Assembly: GCF_963921235.1 (NCBI RefSeq)
Contig: NC_086097.1
Span: forward strand, 93,250,001-93,314,000
Direction: 5' to 3'
Length of the DNA stretch: 64,000 bases
Source of the DNA: Mobula hypostoma
Taxonomy: Eukaryota
Positions 38,861 through 52,466 of the stretch are shown piece after piece. How positions within the stretch are numbered: the stretch's first letter is position 1; every line of letters begins with the position of its first letter. The notes beneath the pieces are model-generated. The model did no database searches and was not told the DNA's origin. It worked only from the letters and a program-made list of their open reading frames with translations. The position numbers and the translations under genes were made by a program.

Positions 38861-39493
38861 CAGTGGTCCCCAACCTCCGGGCCACGGACCAATACCGGGC
38901 CGCGAAGCATGCAGGGGTGCAGCGGTAGCCGGAATGCACCCAGCACGTCTTTAAGAAAAAAGCCGAAATAAACAAGCTAATTAATTAGGTGCTGCCCAGA
39001 AGTCAGTCTTCATGAGAGGAACTGAGGTGGAGAGAGTCAATAACTTTAAATTCTTCAGCATTAAGGATCGATGTTTCTCTCTCTGAAAAGTGTCAGAGGA
39101 TCTGTCCTGGGACTGGCACGTAACCATCATTACAAAGAAAGCACGGCAGCACCTATACTTTATTAGAAGTTTGTGTAGATTCAACGTGTCACCTTGATCC
39201 TGACAGCCCTGTCTTTTCAGCCTGCCTGGGCTGGCGTTTAAATTGACCAAACAATGGAACAGCTAAAGGCTCCAGCGCCCTGGAAAGAGGAGAGAACATT
39301 GCGTAGAGCAAGTGAAATCAGCAATCGCCTCTGATCTGGGCCGACATTTACGTGCCGGGTGGCACCTAATTAATTAGCTTGTTTATTTCGGCTTTTTTCT
39401 TGAAGATGTGCTAGATGCGCTCCAGCTACCACTGCACCCCTGCATGCTTCACAGCCCGGTATCGGCCCGTGGCCCGGAGGTTGGGGACCACTG
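38861..39493. mobile_element. hAT (Charlie-type) MITE with ~138-bp inverted termini
   Basis: cagtggtccccaacctccgggcc...ggcccggaggttggggaccactg; TSD ctctagaa/ctctagtt (6/8), matching the NTCTAGAN-type target. Confidence 0.92.
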
Positions 39494-40264
39494 CTCTAGT
39501 TAAAGAGCTTTCACCTGAGTTCTCCTTGGTGTTATTAGCACCCGTCTTCCTTATCTATTACAGTGCAGAAGTAGGCCATTCAAACCACAGCATCTGCATC
39601 ATTAATTATGTGTAGTCCTGCACCTATTTCTCTCTCATGTGCTGATGAACATCCCGTTGATTAATTATGCCACTTGCCTACCCTAGTTAACTCACAAACT
39701 CATATCTGGAGTGTGGGATGTGAGACTCAGAATAGGAGAACCTGCAAATGCCATTCTGAGAGTACTGGAGACCCGGTTTGAATCTGAGTCACCTATATCA
39801 CATTGCTGGCAGGTCAGTCAGCATCTATGGAAAGAGAAACAGATCATGTTTTAGGCTCAGGAATCTTGTACTTGTAACATAAACTTGTTTCTCTTTCCAT
39901 CCCACTGAGTGTTTCCAACATTTAGTGATTTTCTTTTAGATTTCAAGCATGTTGGTTTTTTTTAAAAAATTCATATTCATGGTCCCTGATCTCACCTACA
40001 ATTTGAAGCACTTCCTTTCTGTCAATTTTAGTGAACCTTTCATTATCTAGTGACACGAGAAAATCATATCACAGCTTTTAAGCTCAATTGAATAATTCAG
40101 TTGAAGTGTTGTCAAACTGTAAACCGTCCAGACAAATGTTTTTTTTTATAATGTGTTCACTTTAGCTTTTGAGAGGTTCGATGTTTTAAGCTATCAGCTT
40201 ATTTGAATACCTGCAATAACTTCAGTTTAATCGATTTTAGTATCACCCTGAACCTAACATTCAG

Positions 40265-40990
40265 TTCAAAGTTCAAAATAAAATTTATTATCAGCGTACA
40301 TAGATGTCACCATGTACATCTGAATCCAGATGTACATGGTGACATCTATGTACGCTGATATTCGTTCATCTGAGATTCGTACATCTGAGATTCATTTTCT
40401 GCGAGCATTCTTAGCAAATCTATAGAACAGCAACTGTAAACAGGATCAATGAACAACAAACTGTGCAACCGCAGATACAAATAAATAGCAATAAATAAGG
40501 AGCATGAAATAATAAGAGTCCTTAAATGAGTGTAGCTATCCCCTGATGGTTGAGGGGTAGTAACTGTTCTTGAACCTGGTGGTGCAAGTCCTGAGGCACC
40601 TGTACCTTCTACCTGATGACAGTAGCAAGAAAAGAGCATGGCCTGGGTGGTGAGGACCTTTGATGATGGATGCTGCTTTTCTATGACAGCGTTTCATGCG
40701 GATGTGCTCAATGGTTGGGAGGGTTTTACCCGTGATGTACCGGGCCAAATCCACTACCTTTTGCAGGATTTTCCGCTCAAAGGCATTGGTGTTCCCATAC
40801 CAGGCCATAATGCCACCAGTCAGCACACTTTCCACCACACTTCTATAGAGGTTTGCCAAGGTTTGCGATGACCTGCCGAGTCTCCACGGTCTCCTGAGGA
40901 AGTAGAGGTGCTGTTGTGCTTTCCTCACAATTATGTTTATATGATGGGTTCAGAACAGGTCCTCTGAAATAGTGACACCTAGGATTTTAA
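40265..40990 (-). mobile_element. Rex1/Babar-type LINE 3' fragment
   Basis: ORF 40536-40928 (KAQQHLYFLRR, VESVLTGGIMAWYGN, RFKNSYYPSTIR). Confidence 0.85.
40289..40360. repeat. Perfect 34-bp inverted repeat with 4-nt loop
   Basis: tatcagcgtacatagatgtcaccatgtacatctg / aatc / cagatgtacatggtgacatctatgtacgctgata. Confidence 0.97.
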
Positions 40991-43900
40991 TGACATCGAT
41001 CATATGGAAAGTTTACAGAGAATTGACAGATAGAATTTAATCCTGATAAATGCAAGATGATGTAATTAGGTATGTGAAATAGGGATAGGACACTAAAGAA
41101 CGTTGATAAACAAAGAGATCTCAGAATTCAAGTCTGTAATTCCCTGCAAGTTGCAACTCAATGAATAGGGTTGTGAAAAAGCCATGTATCATACTTACCT
41201 TTATAGGTTGGGGTACAGAATATATAAGCTGGGATGTTATGCTGCAACTTTACAAAACATAAGTTGGGATGTTATTAATTTTATTTATTTTTATTTAGCG
41301 ATACAGTGCGGAGTAGACCCTTCAAGTCATACCCCAGCAAACCCCGAGAAACCCAATTAACCTTAACCTACTCACATGGCAATTTACAATGCTAACCATT
41401 ACATCTTTGGACTGTGGGAGGAAACTGGAGCACTCAGAGGTAATTCATGTATTCACAGGGAGGATGTACTTACAGACTGTGTCGGAATTGAACTCTGATC
41501 TCCAAAGACCCAAGCTGTAATAGCGTTGCCCTAACTGCTATGATACCACGGCGCCCAAATGGATTCAGATACAAATTGCTACATTGAATGAGGAAGGCAT
41601 AGTGGGATATAGTCTTAATGTGAGCAAGTGGGATTACTGCAGAAGGGCAAAATGTTTGGCATAGTTGTGGTGGGCTAAAGGGCCCATTTCTGCCCTCAAT
41701 GACTCATTGAGTCTAAGACACTGATATTTAACTTGACTCTTCTTATTATTTGACCAGCTAGATAAAACTAAAAGAGGGACATTGTGGTGTCTCTCATCAG
41801 GTCAAACCCTAATGGGAACTTATTCTATTAAGTGAATAGGCTGACTGAAACTCAATGATTCGTTATAAAGAACTTAGCTTGCTCCCTTACACTGTGGCCA
41901 ATAATCAGCAAATAAAAGGTATGGTTGAATAATATTTCACTTTGAATATATCCTGATTATTTCAAGGTGCCATTGACAGATTTGGTGAACTAGCCTGCAA
42001 AGAGTCCCAGTTCCCATTAGACTTCTCCGAGACCTGACCTGAGACAGTATTGATACTCAAAGATATTAAGAGCCCTTTACTGGATTCTGTTCCTCCTTTT
42101 ATTTCAAAAATAGATTTTATTCATTAAAAAATACACAGGAATGACAATAAACTCACTACGCAGTTTTTTTTAAAGATTAGCTTTATTTGCCACCAGAACA
42201 TTGAAATATACAGTAGAAAGTATTGTTTGAATCAATGACCAACACAGTCGAGGTTGTGCTGGAGGCAGACTGCAAGTGTCTCCATGCTTCCACACCAACA
42301 TAGCATGCCCACAACTTACTAACCCTAGCCTGTATGTCATTGGAATATGGGAGGAAACTCATGCGGCCACAGGATGTATGTACAAGTTCATTACATGCAG
42401 CGGCTGGAATTGAACCAGATCTTACAGCTGGTGCTATATATTGTTATGCTACCGTACTGATGTACTCTACATGCAGTTTGCCACACCAATGTACACACAT
42501 CAAAGCCACTACTCAAGCAGGTTATAGCTGCTGGAAAGAGCCGTTAGGCTCTTCCCCAGTCAGTATTGAAATCCATCTCTACAAGAGCAAGTAAGGTCTA
42601 CTGACCGTCCAAGTCCAGAACAAAGGGCATTTTATCTGAGTTTTTGTGCTTGTATTATATTCACCCAAAATTAGCTCAACCCATAACGAGTTGGTGCAGG
42701 GGATTTCCAGTGCCTGGCCTGTTTATGTACACCTCAAAGTCAGATGGAGGATTGCAAGATAATTTCTCTCTTGAGGTTTCCTCTTCCTCCAGCTGCATTG
42801 GCTTGTTTTGTAGAATCTCCATTGGTGAGCCTCCTCTGACAATGTTTTTTTTTCGCTCTTGCCTTCTCGTGGCATTGAAACTGGCCATGAGGAAGTGAAA
42901 GTGTGTATTTCCTCAGAGGTCCCAAATACACTGCAAAGCCCATAAATGTAAATACAACAACTACAGAGGGTAGGGGTGGTTCTGTTGGTAAAAGAAAAGG
43001 AAATTAAATCCTTAGAAAGAGGTGCCGTAGGATCAGAAGATGTAGAATACTTGTCAGTAAAGTTGAGAAACTTTAAAAAGATCATAATGAGAGTCATACA
43101 CAAGCCTCTGAACAATAGCCAAGATGTGGGATACAAATTAAAATGGGAGATAGAAAAGGCATGTAAAAAGCAAAATACTACAATAATCATGGGGGATATC
43201 AATATGCAGGTAGATTGGGAAAACCAGGTTGGTTCTGGATCCCAAGAGAAGGAATTTGTACAGTGCCTTCAAGATGTTTTTTTTTAAATCACAGCTTGTG
43301 GTTGATCCCAGTAGGGAAAAGGTAATTCTGAATTGGGTATTGTGTAATGAACCAGATTTGATTAGGGAGCTTATGGTAAAGGAACCTTAGGAGACAGTGA
43401 TCATGATATGATAGAATTCACCCTGCAGTTTCAGAGGGAAAAACTAAAATCAGAGATATCAATATTACAGTGGAGTAAAGGGAACTACAGAGACATGAGA
43501 ACAGAGCTGTCCAGAGTTGATTGGAAGGTGACATGAGCAGAGATGATGGCAGAACGGCAATAGCTGGAGTTTCTAAGATCAAGTTGGAAGGCTCAGGATA
43601 GATACATCCCAAAAATGAAGTAGCATTCTAAAGGGAGAATAAAGCAACCATGGCTGACAAGGGAAATCAAAGGCAGCGTAAAAGCAAGAGAGGGCATAAT
43701 AGTAAAGGGAAATAATAGCAGGAAGCTAGAGATTTGGGAAGCTTTTAAAAACTAACAGAAGGCTACTAGAAAAGAATAAGGAGAAAAAAGATGAAATATG
43801 AAGGTAAGCTAGCCAATAATATAACAGAGGATACCAAAGGTTTTTTTCAGATATATAAAGAGTAAAAGAAAGCTGAGAGTAGATATCAGACTGCAGGAAA

Positions 43901-46674
43901 ATGATGCTGGAGAGGAAATAATGGGGGAAACAAAGAAATGGCAGACAAATTCAATGAGTATTATGCATCAGTCTTCACTAGAAGACTCAAACAGTATGCC
44001 AGCAATTTGAGAGTGTCAGGGGGCAGAAGTGAGTGTGGTTGCTATTACTAAGGAGAAGGTGTTTGGGAAGCTGAGAGGTCTGAGGATGGGTAAGTCACCT
44101 GGTTCAGATGGACGACACCCCAGGGTTATGAAAGAGGTGGCTGAAGAGATTGTGGAGGTATTACTAATGATCTTTCAAGAATCTCTAGATTCTGGAATGG
44201 TTCCAGAAGACTGGAAAATTGCAAAATGTCACTATACTCTTGAAGAAAAGAAGGAGGCAAAGGACAAGGAATTAAAGGCTAGTTGCTTGACTTCAGTGTC
44301 TGGGAAAATGTTTAACTCCATTATTGAGAATGAGGCTTTGGGTACTTAGAAGCACATGCTAACACAAGCTAAAGTCAGCATGGCTTCTTTAAGGGAAATC
44401 TTGCCTGACAAATCTGTTCGAGTTCTTTGAGGAAATAATAGACAGGATAGACAAGGGACTGTCAGTGGATATTGTTTATTTGGATTTTTGGAAGGCCTTC
44501 GACAAAGTGCCACATAAAGGTTTGCTAAACAAAATTTAAGCCCGTGATATTATAGGAAAGATATTAGTGAGGATAGAAGGTTGGCTGACTGGCAGGAGGC
44601 AATGAGTGTGAAAAAATGGGCAATTTCTGGTAGGCTGGCAGTGATTTGTAGTGTTCTGCAACTTTTGGGTTTGGGGCTGCTATTTACCAGTTACTTAGAT
44701 GATGGAATTGATGGCTCTTTGTTCATTTTGTGAGTGATACGACGATAGGTGGAAGGTATGGAGTCTGCAAGACTTAGACAGATTAGGAGAATGGGCAAAG
44801 AAGTGGCAGATGGAATATTGTACAGTGTAGGGAAGTGTATCTTTATACACTTGGCTAGAAGGAATAAAGACAAAGACTATTTTCTAAACAGGGAGAGAAT
44901 TTAGAAATCAGAGGTGCAAAAGGATTTCGGAGTCCTGTGCAGGATTCCCTAAAGGTTAACTTGCAGGTCGAGTCAGTGGTAAGGAAGGCAAATGCAATGT
45001 TAGCATTCATTTTGAGAGGACTAGAATATGAAAGCAAGGATGTAATGCTGAGACCTTAAAAGGCATTTGTCTTTAGAATATGGTAAACAATTTTGGAACC
45101 CTCCTTAAAAGAATGTGCTGGGATTGAAGAGGGTCCAGAGGAGATTCATGCAAATGACATGGGGAATGAAAGGGTTAACATAAGGAGCATTTGATGGCTC
45201 TGGGCCTGTAGTCACTGGAGCATAGAAGAATGATTGTGGATCTCATTGAAACCTATTGTATATCGAAGGGCCTATACAGGAATCGTCATCACAGGAAAGC
45301 AGCATCCGTCATTGGGGCCCCCCAGCACCAAGGAAAGGATGTTTGCTATAATGGGGGAGTATAGGAATAGAGGGCAGAGACTCAGAATAGAAGATGTTCA
45401 AAGTAAATTGATTATCAAAGTACATATGTCAGCATTTACAACACAGAGATTCATTTTCTTGTGGGCATACTCAATAAATCCATAATAGAATAAAAATCAT
45501 AATAGAATCACCTAAAGAACATACCAACTTGGGTGTTCAAACCTGTGTGAAAAAGACAACAATCTGTTGAAATACAAAAAGAAAGAAGTAATAACAATAA
45601 ATAAATAAGCAATAAGTATCAAGAATATGAGACGAAGAGTCCTTGAAAGTGAATCCATAGTTGTGGGAACAGTTCAATGGTAGGGCAAGTGAAATGATCC
45701 CCTTTGGTTCAAGAGCCTGATGGTTGAGGGATAATAACTGTTCCTGAATCTGGTGATGTGGGTCCTGAGGCTCCTGTACCTTCTTCCTGATGGCAGCAGC
45801 AAGAAGAGAGCATGACCTGGGTGGTGGGGGACTCTGATGATGGATGCTGCTTTCCTGTGACAACGATTCCTGTAGATGTACTCAGTGGTGGGGAGGGCTT
45901 TACCCATGATGGACTGGGCCGTATCCACTACTTTTTATAGGATCTTCCGTTCAAGGGCATCGGTGTTTCCATACCAGGCTGTGATGCAGCCAGTCAATAC
46001 ACTCTCCACCACACATCTATAAAAGTTTAACAAAGTTTTAGATGTCAGGCCAAATCTCCGCAAATTCCTGAAGTAAAGGCGCCGGATTACTTTCTTCATA
46101 ATTGCACTTAGGTGCTGGGCCCTGGACAGGTCCTTTGAAATGATTACACCGAGGAATTTAAATTTGCTGACCCTCTCCACCTCTGATCCTTTGGTGAGGA
46201 CTTGTTCATGACCTCTGGTTTCCTCCTCCTGAAGTCAATAGTCAGCTCCTTGGTCTTGCTTACATTGAGTGAGATGTTGTTGTGGCAGCAGTCAGCCGGA
46301 TTCTCACCACCTTTGATTTGGCCAACGACAGCAAACTTGAATATGGCTTTGGAGCTGTACTTAGTGTAGAGCAAGTAGAGCAAGTAGAGCAGGGAACTAC
46401 ACACTGCCTTGTGGTACACCTGTACTAATGGAGATTGTGGAGGAGATGTTTTTGCCAATCTGAACTGACTGTGGTCTGCAAGTGAAGAAATCAAGGATCC
46501 AATTGCACAAGGAGGTACTGAGACCAAGGTCTTGAAGCTTACTGATTAGTTTTGAGGGGATGATGGTATTGAATGCCGAGATGTAGTTGATAATGAGCCT
46601 CCTGATGTATGCATCTTTGCTGTCCAGATGTTCCAGGGTTCCAATGAGATGGCATCTACTGTGGACCTTCTGCA

Positions 46675-47015
46675 TCGTCGTCCTCTGAACCATTAGTGCC
46701 TAGGTGGCACATGGGGCCTCCACAAGGGCCTTCCATTTCTGCTGGTCTTTCGCTCTGCTGCTCGCTATTACCCAGTTCATGCCTACTTCATTCAGTTCTG
46801 CTTCCACAGATCTTCACCACGTCATTTTGGGCCTGCCCCTACGTCGCTTTCCCTGTGGGGTCCACCTTAGTGCTACTTTTGCTAGTTGATCATTTGGCAT
46901 TCTCATTACATGGCCCAGCCATCTCCATCGTCTTTTTTCACACAAACTGAGATTGATTCCATATAGCAAGATGTAAGCAAGTCTTGGTTTCTGATTTTCT
47001 CAGGCCAGAAGATCT
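46675..47015 (-). mobile_element. RTE-clade LINE 3' fragment
   Basis: Minus-strand translation PTGKRRRGRPKMTW.RSVEAEL...AKDQQKWKALVEAPCA, a typical RTE C-terminus. Confidence 0.8.
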
Positions 47016-47459
47016 TCTCAGGCAGGAGTTGATATGTTACGTCACCAACCTCTCAAAACTCTTCATCACTGTGGGTGTAAGCATTGCTGGATGATAGTCA
47101 ATGTGGCAGGTCACCACGCTCTTCTTAGGCACCAGTATAGGGGAAGTCTGCTTGAAGTGTGGGATACCTCAGACCGCCGAAGTGAGAGGTTAAAGATTTC
47201 AGTGAACACTCCAGCCAGGTGATCAGTTCAGGTCTTTAGTACTTGGCTAGGTATCCCGTCTGGGCTGGTTGCTTTTTATGGGTTCATCCTTCTGAAAGCT
47301 GCTCACACGCTGGCCCTAGAGACTGAAATCACTGGATCACCAGGCTCTTCAGGTGCTCATGATGGTTTCTTCGTAGTTCGATGGTCAAAGCAAGCATAGG
47401 AATCATTGATCTGATCTGGAAGCAAAGCCCTATTGTCACCCATGTTGCTTATAAGAGGT

Positions 47460-47820
47460 ACTTACTTACTGCCTTTTTATGCCGCTAGCAGCAATGAAGG
47501 TTCTCCATTTCTGGTGGTGTTCAGGGCTTTCATCATCATGTCAGTATTTCTGTTTTCACTACCGTCAGTCCTGCAAGTTCCGGGTGGAGACTCAGGATTA
47601 CCATCACACTCAGATACAGAAGGATTCTTCAATTGCTGTTTGCGTAACATTTTTTGTCCAGTCAAGGTTGTTAGCCCTGAGCTGAACTCCAATACCTGGA
47701 GAAGCGATCGACCACTCTGAGTCTGGCCTCTACCCTTTGACCTGTTTGGCATGAGTGACTGTACCAAGAGCCTGATTTCAGCCAGCAGGGCTCCCCAGGT
47801 CATTGAGGCAGGCAAGGCTG
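47460..47820 (-). mobile_element. Probable RTE-related non-autonomous element
   Basis: (GTAA)n tail on the minus strand at 47460; similar to 17945-18215. Confidence 0.5.
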
Positions 47821-49910
47821 TGGTACACTTGGAGGTTTACAAGAGATGATAGCATTCAAACCCTGCCGTAACTGTCAAGCATCCTTCATTGATTCCAGCT
47901 TAGTCTGGAATTTCCACTTTGCTTGTGAGATTGCTTTCATACCTGGACCTCTTGAAACCTTCTTGGTCACCCAGACTTGAGTGCCTCTGACCTTGTCCTC
48001 AGCAGATTGCGAATCTTGTGGTCACCCAGGGCTTCTGTTTGGGAAAAACTCCGACTTTGTGGAGACACACTGTCTACAACTGTTTTAATAAAGTCCATGA
48101 TGACGATGGTGTATTCATTCAGATCCACAAATGAGTTTCCTTTGTTACAGAGATTAGGAGAAATTTCTTCAGCTGGAGGGTGATGGACCTGCGAAATTCA
48201 CGAACACAGACTGTTGCAAAGGCCAAGTCATTGCGTATATTTAAAGTGGAGGTTCCTGGGCTCTTGATTAGCAAGAGTATCAAAGTTATGGGGCGAAAGC
48301 GGGTGAATAGGATTTAGGATGGAATAAATAAATCAGCCATAATTGAATGGCGGAGAAGTCTTGATGGGCTGAATGGCCTAATTCTGCTCCTGTCAGTCAA
48401 GGCAGCCACAATTCTCTTTAACATGCTCGTGTGGATCTTTTACTTTCGACTGAGAGGGCAGGTGTTGTCTTTGTTTAATATCTGATCAGAAAGACAGTAT
48501 CCTGGCAGTACAGGATACACTGAAAAGGCAATAATGTAATAAAAAATATCACGTTGCTATTTTAAAGAAGAGTGAGAGAACTCCCCTGGGTGCACTAGAC
48601 AATGGCTATTAATCAAATCTCACTGCTGAAAGCAACGTATCAGGACATTATCATGTTACTGTTTGTGTGAGCTTTATGTATGCACACTGATTGTCATGTT
48701 TCTTAAGGTTAACTGCTCAAAACTACTGTATCATTTGAAAAGTATTTAGAGACATCCTAGGATCATGAAAGGCACAATGTAAATCCAGGACTTCTTCAAG
48801 TTCATTGCCTGATAAACTGTGCTCTCATCTCCCTCTGCTGGCCTCAGTAAGGAGCTACAGAGTAAGCTGACAGTCAACTTTTATCAGTAAACTTTAGTAG
48901 AGATGACTTGTCACTCGCCCACAGATGAACACAACACTTCCGTTACTGAAAAATCAGATCTCACTGATGTGTACATTCCGAGTCGCATTAGACCCTTTGT
49001 TCCTTCACACGATATATTACAGATAAATGAATACAATAAGCTATACAGACGATTTGTCACATGTACATTGAAATATTCAGTGAAATGCATGAACTACATC
49101 AAAGATCACCACCATTTGAGGATGTGCTGGGAGCAGCCTGCATGTATCGTCCATGCTTCAGACTCCAACATAGCATGCCCACAACCTACTAACTCCAACC
49201 TGTATATCTTTGCAATCTGTGAGGAAACCAGAGCAACTGTGGCTGACAAAGTAATTCAAAGACAGCATTTTAAAAAAAGAGAAGGCATATAATGTAGCAA
49301 AAATTAATGGCAAATTAGAGGATTAGGAAGCTTTAAAAACCAACAGAAAGCAACTGAAAAGCATAAGCAGAGAACAGTTGAAAGCAGTATGCCAGAAATT
49401 GTCAGGGGGCAGAAGTGAGTGTCGTTGCTATTACCAAGGAGATGATGTTTGGGAAGCTGAAAGGTGTGAAGGTGCATAAGTCACCTGGACCAGATGGATT
49501 ACACCCCAGGTTTCTGAAAGAGGTAGCAGAAGAGATTGTGGAGGCATTAGTACTGATCTTTCAAGAATCACCAGATTCTGGAATACTTAGGAGGACTGGA
49601 AATTTGCAAATGACACTCCACTCTTTAAGAAGGGAGGCAGATAAATGGAAATTATAGGCCAGTGAGCCTGACTTCAGTGGTCGGAATACAGTGGAGTCCA
49701 TTAGTAAGGAAGAGGTTTTGGGGTACTTGGAGGCACATGATAAAGTAGGCCAACGTCAGCATTGTTTCCTTAAGGGGAAATCTTGCCTGACAAATCTGCT
49801 GAAATTATAAGAGAAATAACAGGCAGGTTAGACAAAGGATAGTCAGTGGATGTTGTTTACTTGGGTTTTTAGAAGGCCTTTGACAAGTTGCCACACATGA
49901 GCCCATTTAA

Positions 49911-52011
49911 CATAGAAACATAGAAAATAGGTGCAGGAGGAGGCCATTCGGCCCTTCAAGCCTGCACTGCCATTCAGTATGATCATGGCTGATCATCCAA
50001 CTCAGAACCCTGTACTTGCCTTCCCTCCATACCCCCAATCCCTTTAGCCACAAGGGCCATATCTAACTCTCTCTTAAATAGAGCCAATGAACTGGCCTCA
50101 ACTGTTTCCTGTAGCAGAGAATTCCACAGATTCCCCACTCTCTGTGTGAAGAAGTTTTTCTTCATCTCGGTCCTAAAAGGCTAACAATGACCCCTCGTTC
50201 TGGACTTCCCCAACATCGGGAACAATCTTCCTGCAACTAGCCTGTCCAATCCCGTTAGAATTTTATATGTTTCAATAAGATCCCCCCTCAATCTTCCAAA
50301 TTCCAGCGATTATAAGCCTAGTCGATCCAGTCTTTCATCATATGAAAGTCCTGCCATCCCAGGAATCAATTTGGTGAACTTTCTTTGTACTCCCTCTATG
50401 GCAAGAATGTCTTTCCTCAGATTAGGGCACCAAAACTGCACACAATACTCCAGGTGTGGTCTCACCAAGGCCTTGTACAACTGCAGTAGAACCTCCCTGC
50501 TCCTGTACTCGAATCCTCTTGCTATGAATGCCAGCATACCATTCGCCTTTTTCACCGCCTGCTGTACCTGCATGCCCACTTTCAATGACTGGTGTACAAT
50601 GACACCCAAGTCTCGTTGCACCTCCCCTTTTCCTAATCGGCCACCATTCAGATAATAATCTGTTTTCCTGTTCTTGCCACCAAAGTGGATAACTTCACAT
50701 TTATCCACATTAAATTGCATCTGCCATGAATTTGCCCACTCACCCAACCTATCCAAGTCATCCTGCATCCTCTTAGCAACCTCCTCACAGCTAACACTGC
50801 CGCCCAGCTTCGTGTCATCCGCAAACTTGGAGATGCTGCATTTAATTCCCTCGTCTAAGTCATTAATATATATTGTAAACAACTGGGGTCCCAGCACTGA
50901 GCCTTGCGGTACCCCACTAGTCACCGCCTGCCATTCTGAAAAGGTCCCGTTTATTCCCACTCTTTGCTTCCTGTCTGCCAACCAATCCTCTATCCACATC
51001 AATACCATACCCCCAATACCGTGATCTTTAAGTTTGCATACTAATCTCCTGTGTGGGACCTTGTCAAAATCCTTTTGACAATCCAAATATACCACATCCA
51101 CTGGTTCTCCCCTATCCATTCTACTAGTTACATCCTCAAAAAAATTCTATGAGATTCGTCTGACATGATTTTCCTTTCACAAATCCATGCTGACTTTGTT
51201 CGATGATTTCACCGCTTTCCAAATGTGCTGTTATCACATCTTTGATAACTGACTCTAGCATTTTCCCCACCACTGATGTCAGGCTAACTGGTCTATAATT
51301 CCCTGGTTTCTCTCTTGCTCCTTTTTTAAAAAGCAGGGTTACATTAACCACCCTCCAATCCTCAGGAACTAATCCAGAATCTAAAGAGTTTTGAAAAATT
51401 ATCACTAATGCATCCACTATTTCTTGGGCTACTTCCTTAAGCACTCTGGGATGCAGGCCATCTGGCCCTGGGGATTTATCTGCCTTTAATCCCTTCAATT
51501 TACCTAACACCACTTCCCTACTAACATGTATTTCCCTCAGTTACTCCATCTCACTAGACCCTCGGTCCCCTATTATTTCCGGAAGATTATTTATGTCCTC
51601 CTTAGTGAAGACAGAACCAAAGTAGTTATTCAATTGGTCTGCCATGTCCTTGTTCTCCATGATCAATTCACCTGTTTCTGACTGTAAGGGACATACATTT
51701 GTCTTAACCAATCTTTTTCTTTTCACATATCTATAAAAGCTTTTACAGTCAGTTTTTATGTTCCCTGCCAGTTTTCTCTCATTATCTTTTTTCCCTTTCC
51801 TAATTAAGCCCTTTGTCCTCCTCTGTTGGACTCTGAATCTCTCCCAGTCCTCAGGTGTGCTGCTTTTTCTAGCTAATTTGTATGTTTCTTCTTTGGAATT
51901 GATACTATCCTTAATTTCCCTTGTCAGCCACGGGTGCACTACCTTCCCTGGTTTATTCTTTTGCCAAACTGGGATGAACAATTGTTGTAGTTCATCCATG
52001 CGATCTTTAAA
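49911..52011 (-). mobile_element. Young 5'-truncated CR1, same family as 2376-5247
   Basis: ORFs 51541-51999, 51136-51513, 50310-51119 nearly identical to the first copy; tail (TTTCTATG)2. Confidence 0.95.
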
Positions 52012-52135
52012 TCTTCAAACAAGTTAAGAGCCCATGGTAAACAACAGGAATTCTGCAGATGCTGGAAATTCAAGCAACGCACATCAAAGTTGCTGGTGAA
52101 CACAGCAGGCCAAGCAGCATCTATAGGAAGAGGCG

Positions 52136-52173
52136 CAGTCGATGTTTCAGGCCGAGACCCTTCGTCAGGACTA
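52136..52173 (-). ncRNA. Minimal type I hammerhead ribozyme motif in the Penelope 3' end
   Basis: UAGUC-CUGACGA-AGG-GUCUCGG-CCU-GAAA-C-AUC-GACUG: stem I UAGUC/GACUG, core CUGANGA, stem II AGG/CCU, GAAA, NUH triplet AUC. Confidence 0.75.
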
Positions 52174-52466
52174 ACTGAAGGAAGAGTGAGTAAGGGATTT
52201 GAAAGCTGGAGGGGGAGGGGGAGATGCAAAATGATAGGAGAAGACAGGAGGGGGAGGGATAGAGCCGAGAGCTGGACAGGTGATAGGCAAAAGGGGATAC
52301 GAGAGGATCATGGGACAGGAGGTCCAGGAAGAAAGACGGGGGGGGGGGTGACCCAGAGGATGGGCAAGAGGTATATTCAGAGGGATTGGGAGAGAAAAAG
52401 GAGAGTGAGAGAAAGAATGTGTGCATAAAAATGAGTAACAGATGGGGTACGAGGGAGAGGTGGGGC

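Larger units (their letters stand above)
45395..48135 (-). mobile_element. Rex1/Babar-type LINE nested in CR1
   Basis: ORFs 45674-45928, 45935-46180, 46397-46693 ([19 protein letters not shown]). Confidence 0.85.
42930..48392 (+). mobile_element. Old CR1 ORF2 (APE to 3' end), split at about 45395 and resuming at about 48150
   Basis: ORFs 42976-43287 (IIMGDIN) and 44029-44349 (KSPGSDG); 3' UTR 48150-48392. Confidence 0.85.

Noticed and set aside
42676..42900. Short ORFs or exon in unique sequence
   Set aside because: No convincing splice donor and no family motif
2376..52011. Segmental duplication explaining the near-identical blocks 2376-4460 and 49911-52011
   Set aside because: Similarity stops at the LINE boundaries and 5' truncation points differ, so these are independent insertions of one CR1 family
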